Positions 15,807-20,000 of a stretch of 20,000 nt of DNA are shown here, piece after piece (position 1 is the first letter of the stretch; each line of letters starts with the position of its first letter). A program made the position numbers and the translations under genes. The notes under the pieces were generated by a model, which saw nothing but the letters and a program-made list of their open reading frames with translations, searched no databases and was not told the origin of the DNA. Origin of the DNA: an uncultured virus (IMG/VR IMGVR_UViG_3300008108_000135) (taxonomy: Duplodnaviria; Heunggongvirae; Uroviricota; Caudoviricetes); IMG/VR virus record IMGVR_UViG_3300008108_000135; one strand, 5' to 3'.

Positions 15807-16507
15807 TTCCAATATGTATTATCTTTTGAAAAGAATTCCTTATTATTTCTGTTTATATATGATTTGAACATTAACTTTGTCATATATACTATTCCTTTAT
15901 CATCAAACCTTCTTGGTAATGTGAATATTGTTTTATTTAATATTTTGAATTTATTTGATTCTATTTGTTTGGATAGTAAGTAATCCTCCGCGACCTTTGC
16001 TTCTTCATCAAATCCACCCAATTTTTTAAATGTGTCCGCCCTTAATAACATAAACCCACCCAAACAAAATGGTGATATTCTTTTTGATATTTTCTGTATT
16101 AAATCAAATGTCCTAAATACATAATTATATTTCCCATTTGTTGTCCTGACTTTTGTTGTTAATAAATCATATTTGTTTTCAATCATTTGATTTATTGATT
16201 CTTTTAATAATTTTGGGTCCAATATGAACATATCAGCATCCATAAACAATATGTATGGGGTTTTTGCTTGATTTGCCCCATTATTTCTTGCTTTTGATGG
16301 TAATCCCCCATTTATTATTTTTAAATTAAATCTGTCTTTGTTTCTGACCTCTAATTGATATGTTGTTCCATCATCAGAAGAATCTGCAACAATTACTTCC
16401 ACCTTTTCTATATCTTCTTGGAAATTTAATAATGTCAAAGTTTTATCTATTGTCTTTGACTCATTTTTGCATGGGATAACAATTGTTAATAACTTGGATA
16501 ATTCCAT
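15803..16507 (-). CDS. Glycosyltransferase family 2 (GT-A fold)
   Basis: IVIPCKNE, IVADSSDDGT, SKARNNGA, FMDAD (DxD), GGFDE, AEDYLL motifs. Confidence 0.95.
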   Translation of the reverse strand: MELSKLLTIVIPCKNESKTIDKTLTLLNFQEDIEKVEVIVADSSDDGTTYQLEVRNKDRFNLKIINGGLPSKARNNGANQAKTPYILFMDADMFILDPKLLKESINQMIENKYDLLTTKVRTTNGKYNYVFRTFDLIQKISKRISPFCLGGFMLLRADTFKKLGGFDEEAKVAEDYLLSKQIESNKFKILNKTIFTLPRRFDDKGIVYMTKLMFKSYINRNNKEFFSKDNTYWK

Positions 16508-16607
16508 ATCTATAACTATGGGGTTTCTACTTGAATCTACATTATCATAACGCTAAATCTATGTAAACAAAAAAACGAGAGTGAGTGATAGGGTTATATT
16601 ATTTCAC

Positions 16608-16615
16608 TATATTTG
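16608..16615 (+). promoter_or_regulatory. Bacteroidota-type -7 element TATATTTG
   Basis: 6 nt upstream of ATG 16622; no clear -33 element. Confidence 0.5.
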
Positions 16616-16621
16616 TATATT

Positions 16622-17002
16622 ATGGATAATGTAAAAACCTTAATATCAAACTGTGGTTGGGAAAGTGCCAAATCTTTGCTTGGTGCTGAATACTTGGTTA
16701 ACCGTGTATGTAATAATAACCCATTGGTATTCTTATCATTTTATTATGACCCAAACCCCACCGAGATTCCTGAATACAACAACAGAGTTGTGTTTACATG
16801 TCAATCAACTGATAAAACCGTTTTTTTTCTATATAAAAAAGGAAATGAGGTTAGTGCTAGTAATGACTTAATAATGGAGGTTTTGAGAAATGATTTTGGA
16901 TTAACTAATATGGAAGATATATACTTGGTAATCAAAGAATGGTTTAAGAAAATGTATAATGTGAATGTGAGTAGTGTTAGGCACTTTCATGCTTTGTTTT
17001 AA
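16622..17002 (+). CDS. Hypothetical protein; paralog of 17736..18158 lacking the leader
   Basis: Start re-called at 16622; LISNCGWESAKSLLG...PLVFL...FGL...IKEWFKKMYNV. Confidence 0.85.
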   Translation: MDNVKTLISNCGWESAKSLLGAEYLVNRVCNNNPLVFLSFYYDPNPTEIPEYNNRVVFTCQSTDKTVFFLYKKGNEVSASNDLIMEVLRNDFGLTNMEDIYLVIKEWFKKMYNVNVSSVRHFHALF

Positions 17003-17014
17003 TCCCTCTATCTT

Positions 17015-17383
17015 ATGAATGATAAACTATTATATCTAATTAAATCTCAGGGTTGGCGTGTTGCCTCTAATATGGTTGGTGGTCCTGATGTTCTCTTTAA
17101 GTTATTGGATATAACCCCCACGAAGTTTCTGCATTCATTTAATGGTATGGGACAATCTTTTCCATCAGGTGATGTTACCTCATATGGTGAATGCTCTGGG
17201 TGTTGTTTATTTTTACATGATACAATGGATAATCTTTGTTTCATTAGTTATGAGGAAATATGGTCACTGTTTGAATATGGTTTTATGTTAACTTATAAGG
17301 AAACTCAAGAGATAACTAAACAATGGTTGTATGAATCTTATAACATAGATGTAGTTAGAACCAATTACTTTCGTAGGAACTAA
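17015..17383 (+). CDS. Hypothetical protein; paralog of 17736..18158 lacking the leader
   Basis: LIKSQGWRVASNMVGG...PTKFLHSF...ISYEEIWSLFE...TKQWLYESYNI. Confidence 0.9.
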   Translation: MNDKLLYLIKSQGWRVASNMVGGPDVLFKLLDITPTKFLHSFNGMGQSFPSGDVTSYGECSGCCLFLHDTMDNLCFISYEEIWSLFEYGFMLTYKETQEITKQWLYESYNIDVVRTNYFRRN

Positions 17384-17423
17384 TTCCCCTCGCTGTTTTG
17401 TATTTGATAATATTTATCATTAT

Positions 17424-17708
17424 ATGGAGAAACAATTGGAAAGCTTGGTTAGGAGAATTATATTTAAGAAATTCCCCTCTTTGACCTCAGTTGAGGTTTC
17501 AGAATCATGGGGTTCATATACATGTATGATAACTTCTGATGAATGTTTATCCATGAAAGAAGAAATGGAGATTGATACCGAAGTTAAGTTTTTATTAAAG
17601 ATGCTTTCCCCCGATTCTATTAAACATTTTAAAGAATCTAATGTTAGATGTTTCTTTGATTGTGGTAAAGGATTTGAATTTCATTCTACTCAAGGTTATA
17701 ATCATTAA
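17424..17708 (+). CDS. Hypothetical protein
   Basis: 94-aa ORF; ATATTTAT at 17410-17417. Confidence 0.85.
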   Translation: MEKQLESLVRRIIFKKFPSLTSVEVSESWGSYTCMITSDECLSMKEEMEIDTEVKFLLKMLSPDSIKHFKESNVRCFFDCGKGFEFHSTQGYNH

Positions 17709-17735
17709 TTCCCCCTCGCAATATATTTATATCAT

Positions 17736-18158
17736 ATGAAAGTTATTATAACCGAAAACCAAAAAGAAAAGATGTTAAGAAACCTAATCAAAAAGGATGG
17801 GGTTGTGTTCACATCTAATATGGTTGGTGGAATTGAGAATCTTTTTGATGTGTTAAATATTAAAAGTCCGATGGATTTCCTTCATTTATTTGATGACTTG
17901 GAACAAGTTCAATCAGAACAACGTGAAGATTTGATTTTATTCAGGTATAAACCAAATTATAACCTTATGATTTACGTTACAAAAAATGAAACTGTTTACA
18001 TAGATTATGATGAAATATGGTCATTTTTGGAAGACAAGTTTGGACTGAGTTATGAGGAAACACGAGCATTTACAAAGAAATGGTTGGATAATGTCTATAA
18101 TTTTAGGGGAATCACAACAAATGAATTTCAGGATGCTTACCACTCACGTATTGGGTAA
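17736..18158 (+). CDS. Hypothetical protein, class A leader (MKVIITENQ); C-terminus encoded by a repeat/spacer array
   Basis: 140-aa ORF; ATATTTAT at 17723-17730. Confidence 0.9.
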   Translation: MKVIITENQKEKMLRNLIKKDGVVFTSNMVGGIENLFDVLNIKSPMDFLHLFDDLEQVQSEQREDLILFRYKPNYNLMIYVTKNETVYIDYDEIWSFLEDKFGLSYEETRAFTKKWLDNVYNFRGITTNEFQDAYHSRIG

Positions 18159-18238
18159 GGTATAGAATTTAAGGGGGGTCACAACAATAAACACCTTGGG
18201 CTATGTCTCCAGACCAATTGTCTGAGGTATACAATTTA
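18084..18238 (+). repeat. Repeat-spacer array: 37-bp degenerate repeats separated by 30-bp unique spacers (period 67)
   Basis: R1 18084-18120 TTGGATAATGTCTATAATTTTAGGGGAATCACAACAA; R2 18151-18187 TTGGGTAAGGTATAGAATTTAAGGGGGGTCACAACAA (30/37 identical to R1); truncated R3 18218-18238 TTGTCTGAGGTATACAATTTA. Confidence 0.85.
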
Positions 18239-18240
18239 TT

Positions 18241-18396
18241 TTAATCCTCATCAGGTTCATCTGACATATAATCCACAGAATAACAATTAAAACATTGGGA
18301 TGGTTCTAATTTGGGGTTTTCAGGTCTAACTAATATCTCATATGTACGACCACAATCCTTACATATTTTATTTGTCAATATAAATTCACTATCCAT
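18241..18396 (-). CDS. Small zinc-ribbon protein (51 aa)
   Basis: Below the ORF-track size range; hand-translated MDSEFILTNKICKDCGRTYEILVRPENPKLEPSQCFNCYSVDYMSDEPDED (CxxC-19-CxxC); overlaps the upstream gene by 8 nt. Confidence 0.75.
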   Translation of the reverse strand: MDSEFILTNKICKDCGRTYEILVRPENPKLEPSQCFNCYSVDYMSDEPDED

Positions 18397-18712
18397 TGTA
18401 TAAATGCTCAATATACTTCTCCGTGATTCGTGGTGAAAAGTAATTCATTAGTGAATCATAAATATAATTATAATCAAAGTCAACTTTACCCCAATCAGAT
18501 AACGCTCCGTGAAATATATCCATCAATGTTGATACTATCTTTCGTTTAAACTTTTCTAATGATAAATCACGATTCCTAACTGATTTTATCTCAAAATTAA
18601 TCAACATGTTAAAATCATGCTCAATCTCTCTAAGACTAATTCTCCTTTTAAGATATAATGGTAAACCCGTCTCTTCTCTTAATATTCTTCTTATGGATTC
18701 TTGTAGGTTCAT
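18389..18712 (-). CDS. Hypothetical protein, class C leader (MNLQESIRRILREE)
   Basis: 107-aa ORF. Confidence 0.9.
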   Translation of the reverse strand: MNLQESIRRILREETGLPLYLKRRISLREIEHDFNMLINFEIKSVRNRDLSLEKFKRKIVSTLMDIFHGALSDWGKVDFDYNYIYDSLMNYFSPRITEKYIEHLYNG

Positions 18713-18713
18713 A

Positions 18714-19145
18714 TTAACAATCTCCTATACCGTAAAATACACAATCAACAATTTGACTGTCATCTTTATCAAAGATATAAACATAGGAATCTCTATTATT
18801 TATTCTATCGTAACATAATCTATGATGGCCATCTATTATGTATAATTTATTTTTATATTTGAACAAACTAATATCAGATTTATTGTATCTTTCATCGTCC
18901 ATTCTTTTTACGTATTCTATATCAAACTTTTCTTGAACTGAATATACTGTAATGTCTTTTGGTAATAATTCTTTTTCTAATTGAGAAACTTCTATCAATT
19001 CATCAATTTCATTAACCACCATATCCCACAGATTTGAAAACCTATCTAATTTACTAAAATGTTCTGGGACATACATAATATTACAGTCACCCCTATTATT
19101 TAGTTCTTCTCTTAATATTCTTCTTATGGATTCTTGTAGGTTCAT
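18714..19145 (-). CDS. ParB/Srx-like domain protein, class C leader
   Basis: DISLFKYKNKLYIIDGHHRL matches the ParB/Srx DGHHR motif. Confidence 0.75.
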   Translation of the reverse strand: MNLQESIRRILREELNNRGDCNIMYVPEHFSKLDRFSNLWDMVVNEIDELIEVSQLEKELLPKDITVYSVQEKFDIEYVKRMDDERYNKSDISLFKYKNKLYIIDGHHRLCYDRINNRDSYVYIFDKDDSQIVDCVFYGIGDC

Positions 19146-19630
19146 TTATCTCTTAATATTCGTTTAACTATTGGGTTGGAGAAGAATCTCTCAATATCTC
19201 TTTTAACTTTACCTGTATTACAAAATCTATTGTTAAAGAACATCTCAGGTATTTCATCTGATTCCTCCGTCCACATGTTTAATTCATATTCTTCAGAAAC
19301 CATTGGTAATTGTCTATCATACCAATCATCCATTCTCTTTTCCGCCTTATCAAATGTGGTAAACCCATTTGAATCTAACAACATGTCATCAATCTTAATA
19401 TATACATGAAGTAAGTAATCCTGCTCAACCTCATCCGTGTCCTTATCAACCTCGTTTGCTAGTAATAGATAGTAATTCACCTTTCTGTTGGGGAAACGCT
19501 TTCTAATCTTACCTATGATGTCGTATGCAAAGTAATGACAATATCCATATTGATAATCATATTTCCCCTCGTTCCATTTGGACTCAAGTGTTTCCCTTAA
19601 TATTCTTCTTATGGATTCTTGTAGGTTCAT
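19142..19630 (-). CDS. Putative papain-like/transglutaminase-fold protein, class C leader
   Basis: GYCHYFA ... LHVYIK ... LLDSNG gives a Cys-His-Asp order; ATATTTAT at 19636-19643. Confidence 0.6.
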   Translation of the reverse strand: MNLQESIRRILRETLESKWNEGKYDYQYGYCHYFAYDIIGKIRKRFPNRKVNYYLLLANEVDKDTDEVEQDYLLHVYIKIDDMLLDSNGFTTFDKAEKRMDDWYDRQLPMVSEEYELNMWTEESDEIPEMFFNNRFCNTGKVKRDIERFFSNPIVKRILRDK

Positions 19631-19642
19631 ATTTTATAAATA

Positions 19643-20000
19643 TCAAACATTTCTCGTATGAAAATCGGTAAGTATATAGAATACCTGGTCTAAAATATCC
19701 GTTGGTAGGTCTTCATAATATAGAACAAAGACATATGTATCACCCATTTCATTATCATAATTATCTTCTTCGTAACTATATACTGAAACATCTTCAGGAT
19801 ATAAATGTTCTATTTGTTTAACTATACCATTCTCCTTACTCATTACTATTGGTTCTTCATTTATATCACCAAGAGGTATATATTGCCAACCAAGTATTTC
19901 TAAATGCTCAACCAATATTTCCTTAATAATCATTATCTTATTATTCTTATTGTTAAGAAAGTCTTTACCTAATATATTAAGAAGTTTTGATATTCCTCCC
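19643..20000 (-). CDS. Acidic hypothetical protein, 5' end beyond the window; paralog of 2810..3292
   Basis: Frame stays open upstream of the listed ATG to the window edge (GGISKLLNILGKDFLNNKNNKIMIIKEIL), aligning with GGYDNFITLLPDYFDSRESKIDLIKEII. Confidence 0.8.
   Translation of the reverse strand, partial: GGISKLLNILGKDFLNNKNNKIMIIKEILVEHLEILGWQYIPLGDINEEPIVMSKENGIVKQIEHLYPEDVSVYSYEEDNYDNEMGDTYVFVLYYEDLPTDILDQVFYILTDFHTRNV

Larger units (their letters stand above)
18678..19630 (-). repeat. Three identical 35-bp gene-start repeats encoding the class C leader
   Basis: Plus-strand CTTAATATTCTTCTTATGGATTCTTGTAGGTTCAT at 18678-18712, 19111-19145 and 19596-19630. Confidence 0.95.
1627..19643. 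promoter_or_regulatory. Dispersed coding-strand ATATTTAT motif (putative phage-specific or late promoter), 19 copies upstream of start codons
   Basis: Minus-strand copies at 1627, 4013, 4824, 5219, 6029, 6327, 7498, 7867 (variant), 9669, 10170, 10565, 11507, 12321, 12828, 13707, 14399, 19636; plus-strand copies at 17410, 17723. Orientation follows the gene in every case. Confidence 0.75.

Noticed and set aside
18083..18238. Calling the array a bona fide CRISPR feature
   Set aside because: Only 2.5 repeats, about 80% identity, weak internal palindrome, codon-biased differences and no cas gene in the window. Reported as a repeat, with CRISPR origin kept as an alternative.
18084..18238. Diversity-generating retroelement TR/VR pair
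   Set aside because: The spacers are unrelated rather than adenine-specific variants, and no reverse transcriptase gene is in the window.
1..20000. Alternative genetic code (TAG or TGA recoding, as in some large phages)
   Set aside because: Genes tile tightly under code 11; TGA stops fall in ATGA/GTGA overlaps and the TAG stop at 18389 falls at the next gene's start.

Overview
AT-rich, densely coding DNA read in standard code 11. It looks like an accessory (non-core) region of a large tailed phage, probably infecting Bacteroidota, since TAnnTTTG-type promoters are present and Shine-Dalgarno motifs are not. There are about 40 mostly small, often acidic ORFs and no core replication or structural genes. 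Main pattern: at least 23 genes with largely unrelated bodies start with one of a few conserved N-terminal leaders containing Glu motifs (MKxxI[TSN]E; MKKxxRLTESDLxxIVKRVIxE; MNLQESIRRILRE; others). These genes sit in modular cassettes of terminator hairpin + ATATTTAT + ATG, which suggests a shuffled library of capsid-targeted, protease-processed virion cargo proteins. Recognisable cargo domains are an annexin repeat with an exact GxGT-X38-D site, OmpA-like half-domains, a zincin HExxH domain, a ParB/Srx domain and a papain-like Cys-His-Asp domain. Also present: a 67-bp-period repeat/spacer array at a gene 3' end that encodes alternative 12-aa C-termini and has CRISPR-like geometry, an HNH-like endonuclease, a GT2 gene followed by a frameshifted and internally deleted LpxH-like gene, a candidate structured RNA between convergent promoters, and non-coding segments with a G-quadruplex motif and DnaA-box-like repeats (possible origin or terminus). 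All family calls come from motif recognition by eye; no database searches were run.
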